Assembly (NCBI GenBank): GCA_964106915.2 | Contig: OZ066919.1 | DNA from: Podarcis gaigeae | Lineage: Eukaryota | Length of the DNA stretch: 64,000 nt | Strand: one strand, 5' to 3' | Shown: one piece after another, positions 12,762 to 24,938 of the stretch | Numbering within the stretch: the stretch's first letter is position 1 | Layout of the letters: the number at the start of each line of letters is the position of its first letter | The notes under the pieces: model-generated | The model's database searches: none | Seen by the model: only the letters and a program-made list of their open reading frames with translations | What the model was told of the DNA's origin: nothing | Translations under genes and position numbers: made by a program

Positions 12762-12774
12762 TGTGTCTGTGTGT
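12709..12774. repeat. (CT)n(GT)n compound microsatellite
   Basis: Direct reading; other microsatellites at 13086-13140, 20951-20988, 23112-23181, 36555-36595, 43280-43325, 61890-61934, 62776-62809, 62897-62940 and 63565-63630. Confidence 0.95.
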
Positions 12775-13084
12775 GACACCTTCCTTCACCTGACTTTCTT
12801 AATCACCCCATTTCCTTGTGGTTTCTTTATTGGTTTCAATAAATAAAGCGACATTCTCCTGATATGCGTGAAAGAGCTTTTTATTCTCTTTACCACTCTG
12901 CAATTTGTACTTTTGCAGTTCACCATCACCATAGGGCCCATTTTCAAACTATCATTTTTAAAGGTCACTTGTTTTGTTCCAAATGCAGTTGAGCCTGACC
13001 ATGATTTAACGACACCTGAACAAGCAGCATTAAAATTACCCTCTGTGTGTGATCATAAATAATTATCAAGCAGGGGAGGGAAAC

Positions 13085-13143
<59 letters not shown>

Positions 13144-14243
13144 AAGCAAACAACATTTCTTTGCAAGAAACCAACACGAAGGATATTAGTTAAAATGTTA
13201 AAGTATATAAACCAATTATGCAAAATCCTTTCATATTGCCTTGCTTCATTTCAAACATGGCACAGGCTATTTTGTCTGTGAACTCGAGTGGAACAAAAAG
13301 CTACAGAATGCAATTTGTGTCAGGAGCAGGACTACAGAAGGACAACTAATTCTAATTAGTACAAATTCCCCACAGGCCAGAAGGAGGCCCTAGTGCAGGA
13401 ACCAACTGCCTAATGCACTTTCTATCTTCCAACAGGTGGGCAGAGGTCTCCCAAAGGTTGCCATGGTGATAGCTAATGGTAGACCTTTTGCTGGACACCA
13501 GTAATTAATTGAGTGCATGGCCAGCCTTTGAATGTGATATCTTTTAATATACTTCTGAAGTAAAAAAAGATTGGCTCTTCTAATTGGTTAAAATTAAAAC
13601 AGCAGAAGGGTTTGCCAAGAACTACAGTAATGTAATGCAAGTCTCCCCTCAAACCCTCAAACTCAAATTCTTTGCATATCTACAATAAGAGTGGTATTGT
13701 TGACAGAGGGTAAGAGAATCACCCGGGATAAAAGTGTCCTCCATCAGATAACACCAATATTTTATAGAGCAAGTTTCGGATGCAAACACATTTATGCAAC
13801 TTATTAATATTCATCATGGGATATATGCTAGAAATATGGCTTTTAAAAATAGTTATAAGTTGCGAGGAAAACATATATTTGGATTTGTAAATGAGAGCGG
13901 TGGGGAGAATGATGTAGAGAAGACACAGGGGGAGGGTTGGATGGATAAAGTCTACATTGGAGCAAAGCCCACATTTTTAACTATTTGTTTTAAGCAAAGG
14001 TAAATGGTCTCTAATTCCTCAACATTCATCTTGAAGTCTTGCGCCTTAAATTGCTGAGCCTGGATTCTCCAGTGTCTGTTCCCATTTATGGAAACAATTC
14101 TGGTTATTGATTTTTTTTTTAAAATATTATCATGAAAGCCTATTTTTCAAAAACAGGGGTGAACAGAGAAGCTCTACACTTAAAGTGCTGGATACTGCTG
14201 CTAAGAAAGGGCTCTGTATCCAATGTGTGTTCAGTGAGAGAGG

Positions 14244-14494
14244 AGAAGAAGAAGAAGAAGAGTTTGGATTTGATATCCCACTTTATCACTACCCAAAGGA
14301 GTCTCAAAGCGGCTAACATTCTCCTTTCCCTTCCTCCCCCACAACAAACACTCTGTGAGGTGAGTGGGGCTGAGAGACTTCAGAGAAGTGTGACTACCCC
14401 AAGGTCACCCAGCAGCTGCATGTGGAGGAGCGGAGACGCGAACCCGGTTCCCCAGATAACGAGTCTATCGCTCTTAACCACTACACCACACTGG
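14244..14494 (-). mobile_element. tRNA-derived SINE (Squam3-like) with (TTC)n tail
   Basis: Minus strand begins ccagtgtggtgtagtggttaagagcg (A box)...gaaccgggttcgcg (B box); near-identical copy at 21874. Confidence 0.8.
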
Positions 14495-14810
14495 AGGGGG
14501 AAAGCCCACAACTAGATAACACAAAAAAGAGGCAGACACACCTCAGCATCCTCGAAAAATTTCACCAATGGCAACGAACCAAGGACTGTGCCAATAGGAT
14601 GACCACCTGCCACACCCACAGAGGAAGCCGATTAAATTACAATGGGGACAGAGTGCAAGAATAATCAACACAGAGACACATACAAAAACCATGCAGCCCC
14701 ACTCCAGCATCCCAGGAACACAACCAGCCCAGCCCTTGTTACTGCCAGACACCACTCAGGGTATTGTTTTATGAGCATGGGAGACAGGAAGAAGACACAC
14801 AGCACGGCAC

Positions 14811-15230
14811 TAGAGATGAGGAAAAATTGGATTTTGGTTGCAACGACCAAATTCCCCCCTCTCAAATCAACGTGCCCACCTAAAAAACCAACACCACCTA
14901 TCCTTTGAAATTTGCACATCTTTGAATTTTGCTATGTGGTTCTCCTACCAAACCATATGTATAACTGTGCATACATTGGAGAGAAGATGCATATATTTGT
15001 GAAAATAACATGTATAGAAATGCATTTTATCAGGGAAGCTTGCTTGACAAAAATGAGCATCCTCGTTACAACCACATACAAAGACGAGGAGAAATTCGAA
15101 CTAGAATGCTGATGAATTTTCACATTTTTTAAAAAAAATGCCCGTTGCTGCAGAAATGTGGAGAATGGATTTAAGATTGGAAGGATAAGAAACTGAAAGA
15201 GAGAGAAATAACAGATTTGTCCATCCTCTC
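14811..15230. mobile_element. hAT-type non-autonomous element (TAGGGATG family), diverged
   Basis: tagagatgaggaaaaattgg...atttgtccatcctct; shared internal motifs such as gctgatgaattttc. Confidence 0.55.
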
Positions 15231-16554
15231 AAGAGTAGCCACACAGCTCTCTGGGCAAGACTCCTACAACAAACACAAGGGTCCACCCACAGAAAGAAGA
15301 TGCTCTTGCCAAATATTCAAGAGGAGGTTAAAAAGAACAGGCACATGAAATCCTAAAGGCCAATGTGACTCCAGTACAGGATTGTGCCTTAAGGCGATGG
15401 TGATTTTCCTCCCCTCTGCTCAAGGAAAGTGCTCTTTTAAAAGGTTTTCAAATAACACAGGAGTAAAATTATACTCTTATAGGGATTAGGATTAATTTGA
15501 TAGGAGTTGCTTTTCTGAAGGTTTATTGCCAGGGAACGGTTTTGCTGTTCACACTGCTGGAACACAAATTAGTTACCAAAGGTGACTTATTAGAGGCTTC
15601 AGATAGTGGGGGGATGAATACTTGAGCCTGAGTGTTTACTTCTCTGGCTTCATAACAGTGACATTTATGGAGAACAGAAAATAAAATTGAGATAACACAC
15701 ACTGCTACTTAAACTGGTCCTGAATGTTTTAATGTATTGCAAAATAAATAAATAAATAAATAAATAAATAAGTAAATAAATAAATAAATGTTAAAGTTCT
15801 TACAGTTTGGTTTACATATACACACCAGTTCACACACAAGGACCCTGCTGACACTGGCCATATGGCAGCCATTTTGCTTCCTCTTGTTTGTCTTCTCTTT
15901 TGAGATGAGCAAAGAGCACAGAAAACATTGGGCCTAGAAAGTTTACACCCAATATCTTCAGTTTAAAGCCCACCTCCCACAACTTTATTTATTGTTGTAC
16001 ATTTCTTTCTAAAAACATAACCCAAATTCCCTAGTTAATTTATACCAAAAGCAGAAATGAGAATACTTTTTAAAACAAAAAGTATCATACCATGCCCATC
16101 TTAAACTAATCATATTATTTCTTTCACCCTTATTATATGTACAGAACATTTTAACTGAAATCACCCCAGAGGGGTGGGCCAGTTTACTCTCTTGTCACAA
16201 GGATGATTTTATTAATCAAATGCCTTCAATGCTACCTCATAGCATTTTCCACTACTATTGTTTGGTCTGTACCAGAGGCTTCTTTTAATAACACATTTGC
16301 ATAAACTGATCTGAAAGATCGCCATGTGATGACATTACTCTAGGGCTGGCCTGTTATCTCAAAAAAGCCTGAGGTGCTGGTCCGAAAGAGATCAAACTCA
16401 AGAATTAACTAGTCTTTATAAAACAGAAATAGTTATACAAGCAGTAAAACAAATGATTATCATTCCTTTTTGGCAGTAGACTACGCCAAGGCAGAGAAAA
16501 ACAGAGCTTTCAAACACTGACAATCTGGTATATTGAAGTATGACCATTCTTTTT

Positions 16555-16758
16555 NNNNNNNNNNNNNNNNNNNNNNNNNNNNNNNNNNNNNNNNNNNNNN
16601 NNNNNNNNNNNNNNNNNNNNNNNNNNNNNNNNNNNNNNNNNNNNNNNNNNNNNNNNNNNNNNNNNNNNNNNNNNNNNNNNNNNNNNNNNNNNNNNNNNNN
16701 NNNNNNNNNNNNNNNNNNNNNNNNNNNNNNNNNNNNNNNNNNNNNNNNNNNNNNNNNN
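16555..16758. other. assembly gap (N run)
   Basis: Ns in sequence. Confidence 1.
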
Positions 16759-17609
16759 AAAACTCAGAAAAGTCTCAGTTTCCCTTGTGAAATTAAAGGG
16801 GGGATATTTTTAACTGTTGCCATGTGAAATGACTGTGGCTTCACTAAAAAAATGTGTGCCTTTCAGTTTATGTGTTCATGTCTGAAATAATAGGTCAGCA
16901 GATAGCAACGTACAATAAAATATTGAAGAATTTTCCCATTTCCCCCAACTGGACATTTTTTCTTCTTATAATGCATATAAGAAGCTTGTTCACATGTTAC
17001 ACTGAACACATGGACAAACTGTCTCTACACATGTATATATGTACAACTGTTTGTGTGTCTATAATTGTTGATTTGTACAGTTCAGCTACTGCACATGCAG
17101 GTAAACAGACTGCATGCTTTTTGGATTTTACATGAAAATAACTGTACAAGTGTTAATTGTGTACACAGGTATGCAAATTGCACACTCACTGAACGTAACT
17201 TGGGAACACCCCTAAGCTCTGTTCAGGGTTTCCAACCCATTGTGTGATCAGGGAGAAAAGGTCAAGCATGCTAACTCCACCCCATATCACTGCCCACATC
17301 ATCCTCCACAACTGGGAGGGCTAACTTCTGAAGTGGGGAGATTTTTCTACCTGTGGGCTCCCTTCTACAGATGTTTGCCTCCAACTTGTGGAGGATGAAG
17401 AAGATGACTGGGCAGATGGAGCTGGTCTACTCCTCCTTACTCACATTCTTCAAACAGCCCTTTGCCATACAATGCCTAAGACAGGGGCCACTAACTACTC
17501 GTGCCTCCATTGTATCACTATAATGAAATGGTAAGAGAAATGTCAGCATGGTGTGTCAAGTGAAGAGTTCGCTATCTTTAGTTTAAGGCAGCACTGATGG
17601 TCACCTGAT

Positions 17610-17762
17610 GGGGCAAGAACCGTAGCTCGGGGTAGAGCACATGCTTTGTATACAGAATGCTCCAGGTTTGATCCCTTGGATCTCCAGTTAGAAAGATGAG
17701 GTAGCACGTGGTGTGGAACATCTCTGTCCAAGGTCCTGAAGAACTGCTTCCAGGAAGAGTTG
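17610..17762 (+). mobile_element. old tRNA-derived SINE, 5' part (resumes at ~18410-18460 after an insertion)
   Basis: tagctcggggtagagcacatgctttg...caggtttgatccc tRNA(Ala)-like head; the body continues as gatgggtactg...gtttgacttggtgtaaagg...cctatg after the inserted block. Confidence 0.6.
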
Positions 17763-17952
17763 TTCTTCTTCTTCTTCTTCTTCTTCTTCTTCTTCTTCTT
17801 CTTCTTCTTCTTCTTCTTCTTCTTCTTCTTCTGTGATCCCTCGTAGCCAAATAATATTGTCTTCTATGAATATGGTCTTGACTGTGTGTCCGTAAGTGAC
17901 TGTGGGGGCCAATTCTGGATCTGAAAATCCTTCCACAGTGGGGACATAGGTT
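17763..17952 (-). mobile_element. RTE-clade LINE 3' end (non-BovB) with (GAA)n tail
   Basis: Minus strand encodes NLCPHCGRIFRSRIGPHSHLRTH (C-x2-C-x12-H-x3-H zinc finger of RTE C-termini), then a short 3' region and ~23 GAA repeats. Confidence 0.75.
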
Positions 17953-18373
17953 GACTGAGAGATCTACATTGGCTCCCAGTACGTTTCCGAGCACAATTCA
18001 AAGTGTTGGTGCTGACCTTTAAAGCCCTAAACAGTCTCGGTCCTGTATACCTGAAGGAGCGTCTCCATCCCCATTGTTCGGTCCGGACACTGAGATCCAG
18101 CACTGAGGGCCTTCTGGCGGTTCCCTCATTGCGAGAAGTGAGGTTACAGGGAACCAGACAGAGGGCCTTCTCGGTAGTGGCACCTGCCCTGTGGAATGCC
18201 CTCCCTTCAGATGTGAAGGAGATAAGCAGCTATCCTATTTTTAAAAGACATCTGAAGGCAGCCCTGTTTAGGGAAGTTTTTAATATTTAATGCTGTATTG
18301 TTTTTAACATTTTATTGGAAGCCACCCAGAGTGCCTGGGGAAACTCAGCCAGATGGGTGGGATATAAATAAAA

Positions 18374-18409
<36 letters not shown>
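17953..18409 (+). mobile_element. L2 LINE 3' end (ORF2 C-terminus plus 3' UTR)
   Basis: Encodes LHWLPVRFRAQFKVLVLTFKALNSLGPVYLKERL...RAFSVVAPALWNALP, the typical L2 ORF2 tail; (ATT)n end. Confidence 0.88.
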
Positions 18410-19389
18410 GATGGGTACTGTTAATAGTTTGACTTGGTGTAAAGGAACCCCCTATGCTGTTCCTCAAGCTAGCATGCTCAATGGAATTTGAAAGGTTATC
18501 ACAGGTATTTCTCAGTGAGTATCGACAGCTCCTCCTCCTGAGCTAGGATATGCTACACATGCTCAGGTGGGGGCTAGAGAAGCAGTCCCACGTTATAAAT
18601 AAACCAGTAAAAGAAAAAGCAAGAGTTTTGCAAATATCTTAGGGTGGAATAGTGTTGTGGGATTCCAAGGGGATGCTTTTTGCTTTTGTGGGAAAGTGAT
18701 GTTGCCTTACTGACCAGCACAATCTGATTGCGAAGGTAGATATTTGTAGACAGACAGATGTCACCCAAAATGCCACTCAACTCCAGTGCTGTTGCAAAGG
18801 AAAATCCACATAAGGACTGACTCTCAAACTCTCTACTACATGGAGAAGTGGGGAACCGTGCTCACAGGAAACAGTCCTCTTCAACGAAACATTGTGCGCA
18901 CTCCCTCATGATGTTTCTATGTGCTATGGGTTGATTTAGAATCATGACCACCCCGTCCTAAAAAGTAGATTTATAACCCTTACGCGGTGTCTGAGATAAG
19001 ACTGAAAACAGAATAGCAGAAATATTGAAGCATTGGATCATAATTGGCAAATAAAAAGAACACAAAGTCCTTTACATTTCTTTGACTCTCTTGTTGTCCG
19101 AGGGCATCTATCAAATTATTTCAAGGGCAGATTCAGGGTGGGATATCACCGAGAGACACCAAAAGAGGATGTACACTTTTCTTGAAGCAGCCTCTGTTTG
19201 TGCTTCCTGTGTAATTTCTGAAAAGGGAACTGGTGTGTAACTTCTCAATGGGAGAGAAACTTAAGCTCTGGGTGCCTTGTGGGGAAGAGGCATACATTTC
19301 CTCCCTCAAACATTAATCAGGAAGTGCATATTGTGGATGTATGCCTCTTTCCCACACTTCTGTTGCAGCTATTTATGGTACTTGCAATA

Positions 19390-20669
19390 CCGTATTTTTC
19401 GCCCCATAGGACGCACTTTTTCCCCTCCAAAAATGAAGGGGAAATGTGTGTGCGTCCTATGGGGCGAATGCAGGCTTTCGCTGAAGCCTGGAGAGCAAGA
19501 GGCATCGGTGCGCACCGACCCCTCTCGCTCTCCAGGCTTCAGGAAGCTGTCCGCAAGCCTTGCGCGCCCGGCAGGAGCTCCCGCCGAGCGCGCAAGGCTT
19601 GGGGCGGCAGCCTGTTGCCCGAAGCATAGGGAGCCCTCCGGAGGGCTCCCCGTGCTTCGGGCGAGTGTTTGCAAGCCTTGCGCGCCCGGCAGGAGCTCCC
19701 GCCAGGCGCGCGAGGCTTGGGGCGGCAGCCTGTTGCCCGAAGCACAGGGAGCCCTCCGGAGGGCTCCCCGTGCTTCGGGCGAGTGTCTGCAAGCCTTGCG
19801 CGCCCGGCAGGAGCTCCCGCCAGGCGCGCGAGGCTTGGGGCGGCAGCCTGTTGCCCGTAGCACGCGGAGCCCTCCGGAGGGTGCCCCGTGCTTCGGGCGA
19901 GTGTCTGCAACCCTGCGCGCCCGGCAGGAGCTCCCGCCGGCCGCGCAAGGCTTGGGGCGGCAGCCTGTTGCCCGAAGCACAGGGAGCCCTCCGGAGGGCT
20001 CCCCGTGCTTCGGGCGAGTGTCTGCAAGCCTTGCGCGCCCGGCAGGAGCTCCCGCCAGGCGCGCGAGGCTTGGGGCGGCAGCCTGTTGCCCGTAGCACGC
20101 GGAGCCCTCCGGAGGGTGCCCCGTGCTTCGGGCGAGTGTCTGCAACCCTGCGCGCCCGGCAGGAGCTCCCGCCGGCCGCGCAAGGCTTGGGGCGGCAGCC
20201 TGTTGCCCGAAGCACAGGGAGCCCTCCGGAGGGCTCCCCGTGCTTCGGGCGAGTGTCTGCAAGCCTTGCGCGCCCGGCAGGAGCTCCCGCCAGGCGCGCG
20301 AGGCTTGGGGCGGCAGCCTGTTGCCCGTAGCACGCGGAGCCCTCCGGAGGGTGCCCCGTGCTTCGGGCGAGTGTCTGCAACCCTGCGCGCCCGGCAGGAG
20401 CTCCCGCCGGCCGCGCAAGGCTTGAGGCGGCAGCCTGTTGCCCGAAGCACAGGGAGCCCTCCGGAGGGCTCCCCGTGCTTCGGGCGAGTGTCTGCAAGCC
20501 TTGCACACCCGGCAGGAGGGCTCCCCGTGCTTTGGGCGAGTGTCTGCAAGCCTTGCGCGCCCGGCAGCCGCGGCTGGAGGTGGGAAATAATTTTTTTTTA
20601 TTCATTCCCCACCCCAAAAAACGAGGTGCGTCCTATGGGCCGGTGCGTCCTATAGGACGAAAAATACGG
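19390..20669. mobile_element. Tc2/pogo-like (CCGTA-terminus) MITE containing a tandem array
   Basis: 27-bp TIRs ccgtatttttcgccccataggacgcac / gtgcgtcctataggacgaaaaatacgg (2 mismatches), TA on both sides, subterminal gtgcgtcctat repeats. Confidence 0.85.
19555..20567. repeat. GC-rich tandem satellite of 117-118-bp double-palindrome units with a 235-bp higher-order repeat
   Basis: Unit starts at 19555, 19673, 19791, 19909, 20026, 20144, 20261, 20379, 20496 (internally deleted) and 20548 (partial). Confidence 0.97.
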
Positions 20670-20945
20670 TATATAAAACTACTCTCAAGACAGTGACTTT
20701 TCTTTTTGTCGAAGAATGGGGAAAGTTTCAGGATGGCAATATTGATGGCTATCTGCCAACCAATGTCAGTGTCATTGTTTCCTTAAAGAGAGATGAGAAC
20801 TAGGTTAATAACATGCAAATAAACATGCAAATTACACTTGACCCTTTGCCTTACAACATGACCATACTATGTGTGTTAGTACTATAAGGCTGTTCTGGCC
20901 ACAAATGTTCTGGCCATAATATGCCACAGAAAGAAGAAAAGAAGA

Positions 20946-20992
<47 letters not shown>

Positions 20993-21012
20993 TTCATATA
21001 TATATATGAATG

Positions 21013-21262
21013 ATTTATTGATTTTTCAAAAATAACAAAAATTAAAAAACAAAACAATTCAAAAACACACACAAATCAAAACAAATTGACTTCCCTCTAG
21101 TTCCTTCCTTGGTTCCATTATTTATCAATATACTGCATGTCCATTGTTCAGTTTGAAACCTTATTTAAATTACTTATTATCCATTCATAACAAAATTACA
21201 AGTAGTTTTAAAACCCTGCTAATGTATTAACCTGTGTACAAGGCTTCTGTATATATGCATAA
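21013..21262 (-). mobile_element. possible L1/Tx1-type LINE 3' UTR
   Basis: tttattg (minus-strand AATAAA) next to a (TA)n run, an A-rich tract and gacttccc; resembles squamate L1 3' ends. Confidence 0.4.
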
Positions 21263-21353
21263 GACTGGTCAAAATAGACTGGGGTCATTCAAAGGATCTA
21301 GAGTGTAATGATGAATTCAGTTTGCAAGTGTGATCTGATCACACAGCTCAGTC

Positions 21354-21692
21354 TAGGGAAGGGGAAGAAATTTGTTCAATTTGCATTTTATTTGAACCTG
21401 CCGAAGTCACACTTCCTGAGCCAACATGTAAACTAAAACACAGCCGTCCTTTGAAATTCAACACTTCTCTGAATTTTGCAGAGCGCAGATTGCCAACAAA
21501 AAGGAAAGAACATAAGATACAAAAATGCAAAAATTGCTGTGTGCAAAAATGCGTACGAGAAGAAATGCAGGCCAAAAGGCATCCTAATTTTTGTACAGAT
21601 TTCTCTTTTCAAGAGAATGTTGCAAATTTGTCTGGAGATTGGAAATATGAGAAATGGAGAGAGAAACCAACGTTGACAGTCATTCATTCCTA
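21354..21692. mobile_element. hAT-type non-autonomous element (TAGGGATG family)
   Basis: tagggaagggg...cattccta; degenerate 8-bp TSD gctcagtc/gctcagct. Confidence 0.6.
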
Positions 21693-21873
21693 GCTCAGCT
21701 CCGAACGTGAAAACAGGTTTGAGAGGTTTTCACAAGCACAGATGTGCACACCTTGCGGCCCTTGATTCATGCACATACCGTTCCCCTTTCTGCTACAAAG
21801 TATTCAAAAGTATTCTGCTGAAAGGCGGGACACGTATAGAATGCAGACGACCATTATGGCATTGTGATCTGCT

Positions 21874-22122
21874 AGAAGAAGAAGAGTTTGGATTTGATAT
21901 CCTACTTTATCACTACCTGAAGGAGTCTCAAAGCAGCTAACATTCTCCTTTCCCTTCCTCCCCCACAACAAACACTCTGTGAGGTGAGTGGGGCTGAAAG
22001 ACTTCAAAGAAGTGTGACTGGCCCAAGGTCACCCAGCAGCTGCATGTGGAGGAGCAGGGAATTGAACCCGGTTCACCAGATTACGAGTCTACCTCTCTTA
22101 ACCACTACACCACACTGGCTCT
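21874..22122 (-). mobile_element. tRNA-derived SINE (Squam3-like)
   Basis: Near-identical to 14244-14494. Confidence 0.8.
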
Positions 22123-22293
22123 TTAGGTCCTCGTCAGCTTATTTTTGTAGCTGGAGACAGGTAGAGAGGGCATGTTGGATCTTGGTAGGCTGCCATATGC
22201 AATGTCAGGGCTGGACCCATCTTGTTGACTCCCCCATAGGGCAAGCCTGCCCTAGCAGCTTATAACCTGCACTTGCGCAGCTTCATCCCACTA

Positions 22294-22545
22294 CAGTCAT
22301 ACCTCGGGTTGAAAGTGCTGCGAGATGAGCGTGTTCGAGTTGCACTCCGTGGCAACCCGGAAGTAACGGAGCATGTTACTTCCAGCTTTTGCCACTTGCG
22401 CATGCGCATACGCTCAAAATGACGTCACACGCATGCTCAGAAGCGCCAAAACGTGACCCGCGCATGCGCAGACATGGGTTACATTTGCTTTTAGATGCCA
22501 CCGGGGCTCCAGAACTTATCCCGTTCGCATCTAGAGGTACCACTG
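22294..22545. mobile_element. Tigger/pogo-like MITE (second subfamily)
   Basis: cagtcatacctcggg...ctagaggtaccactg TIRs, TA flanks, CpG-rich interior. Confidence 0.75.
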
Positions 22546-23107
22546 TACTTGATACATTCTGAATCCTAATACTAAAAATGTAAGGCATAAGATAACATCC
22601 GACAAAAGCAAGACATTTGTATGACAGAAAGACGGCATGCCACAAGTTAGACATCAACCAAGTCTGGCTTGGAAATTGTCCATTTTGTCCCGTTAGAATG
22701 CTTCGATCTTGCATGGGCTTAAACAGCCCTGAGCAGTTGATGTGCGAGACCAAGACACGAGAGCATCTAGCGGAGAGCATAATGAGATGTTTGATAACAT
22801 CTACCCAGATGGCAGAAGCATTTGGGCCGTATAACATGCTACAGGGGAAGGCAGAATTCTCTGCGCATTCGCCCATCAGCCAGTTTGATCTTTGTCAGGG
22901 GAAGCCGTTGCTGACCTTTAACAGGGTGCTGAGTCTGTGTTGCATTTCCCACATTTTTTAAATTAAAAAAACACTTAAAAATAACTAGTTAATATGGGTA
23001 ATGTTTGCATTTTATATAAAGGAAGGTATTCGTAAAGCCAGTGTGTGCCAGTTTCTATGTACTGAAAATTCTAGTGCTACAAAATATTCACAGTATTAAT
23101 GTGGTGC

Positions 23108-23180
<73 letters not shown>

Positions 23181-24124
23181 ACGTGCCAAAAAAAGAAACT
23201 CAAAGAAATTTGGCTAGGGAAAGAAAAACAGAGCTTCATTGCAATGGGATAGGGGGATGATAATCAGCTACTCTCAGTTCCAAAAGGCATCTTACAGCCA
23301 CAGGACTGCTTTTGCTGTAAGCTGGGTGTAGAGAATTTGTACTGGAGAGAATTTCACATGGATCTGTAGAGGCAATCATGACACACTGCTCTTCAAACTC
23401 AAATGGCCTCCAGTTAAGGGGTTGCTTAACAATCTCATTTGTCTACATTTGCATCAAGTCCTCAATAAATTCAGATGGCAACAGGCTTCCAGGCTCCTTA
23501 TGTTATTTGGATAATAGGGTTTTTCCTTTTCGTGTAACTGTAATAGCGGAACTGTAATGTCAAATCTTTGTCATATTTCGAGAAATGCATATAAGATTTC
23601 TTTTCGGAGGCAGCGATATCGTCTCCCTGCTGAATGCACTCATTGCTACAATGAAGAAAGCTACAGAGCTGACTTCTGTTTTTGGATACACCATTAAACC
23701 AGCAATGCTGTACTAGCACAGGGGCTGTATCATTTGGCCTGTTGTTGTTGCTTCCAATATTTAGTTTAACGTGGGCTGTTTGTTTCTAAATGAAAGAAGT
23801 ATAACATTTAACAGCAGAGGGAGACTGGAGCTGTTGCAAATCTTTTGATCTGCAGTGATTACACTGTTGAAAAATTCTTTCATATACCTCATTTTCAAAA
23901 TAGGGAAGGTGTATGAAACAGCAGGAGTTGTTTCCCTCTTTTTTTAAAAAAATACATGCCATCAATCATTTCTACATAATGCACAAAACAAACTCTTCAG
24001 CTCAGATAAGATGTGTCACTTTAAACTTATGTTTGGAGGCACTTGTATCAGTGTGATCAATCACTTAATAGCCTGTGCAAGTTACATTTTTACTTTAGTC
24101 TTTAAACTCTCTTCACTCCACTTC

Positions 24125-24468
24125 TAAAACTATTGTTTTAATCTAAAGTAAGGACCATAGATCAATATTTGCAGGGTATTACCAGACTTATATTGCCAAA
24201 AGTCAGAAGGCTTCTTCAAAATTATTATTATTATTAAAACAACTATTGTAATGTAACGTTCAAATGTAGATCAATATTTTAATTCATTCCCAAATAAATA
24301 CAGCAAAAAGTCAGGATAATTCTTTAAAATTATTATTATTATCATTATTATTATTATTAAAACAATTTTGCTTTTAATCTAAGGTTGGGATGTAGATCAA
24401 TTAATTCATATCCAAACAAATCTGGTAAAAGTCAAAAGAATTTGTTGTTGTTGTTAATTATTAAAATA
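24125..24468. repeat. diverged AT-rich tandem repeat, about 3 units of 110-130 bp
   Basis: Recurring tagatcaat (24158, 24267, 24393), aaaagtca and (att)n-aaaacaa modules. Confidence 0.6.
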
Positions 24469-24775
24469 GACATGCCAGCCTGCTGCTCTGATAGGGGAAG
24501 AGGTCAGTTGAGAAGTAAATGATCTTGCATTGCATGGCTGGGTACAAAAGATGCACTGAAAATGAAAGAGAAGGAATGGGGCAATGGTAGACAATGGGCA
24601 GCCCAGGACCTCTCAAGGAAGATTTGTTCCTCTTCAATGAAATGCAAACTTTTCATGTAAAACAACCCATCATTTGATTTATCATTAGCAGATGGTATGG
24701 GGGCAGGGGGTGGAGAGAAACCAACACAATCATAAACTGGAGATGGCATTTTATTACTGAACATCCAGAATAAAT

Positions 24776-24938
24776 TCAAGTTACAGATAGGTAGCACCTT
24801 AAAGACCAACTAAGTTAGTTCTTGGTATGAGCTTTCGTGTGCATGAAGAAGTGTGCATGCACATGAAAGCTCATACCAAGAACTAACTTAGTTGGTCTTT
24901 AAGGTGCTACTGGAAGGAAATTTTTTTATTTTGTTTTG
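24776..24938. mobile_element. Penelope-like element pLTR fragment, inverted-duplicated
   Basis: Palindrome 24791-24910 with arms identical to the 50333 element; 13-bp direct repeat atccagaataaat at 24763-24775 and 24939-24951. Confidence 0.8.

Noticed and set aside
14420-14494. tRNA genes (also ~9900-9975, 17620-17680, 22050-22120)
   Set aside because: The A/B boxes belong to SINE heads that continue into SINE bodies; there is no complete cloverleaf.
17578-17994. C2H2 zinc-finger/poly-Arg protein gene
   Set aside because: The finger is an RTE LINE C-terminus, and the poly-Arg is its (GAA)n tail.
19555-20567. CRISPR array or hammerhead-containing (newt-type) satellite
   Set aside because: The units are contiguous with no unique spacers, the context is eukaryotic with no cas genes, and I found no CUGANGA/GAAA core in the unit on either strand.
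19277-20696. Long overlapping ORFs (240-386 aa) on both strands
   Set aside because: They result from a stop-poor, GC-rich palindromic tandem repeat inside a MITE; the peptides are periodic and have no domain.
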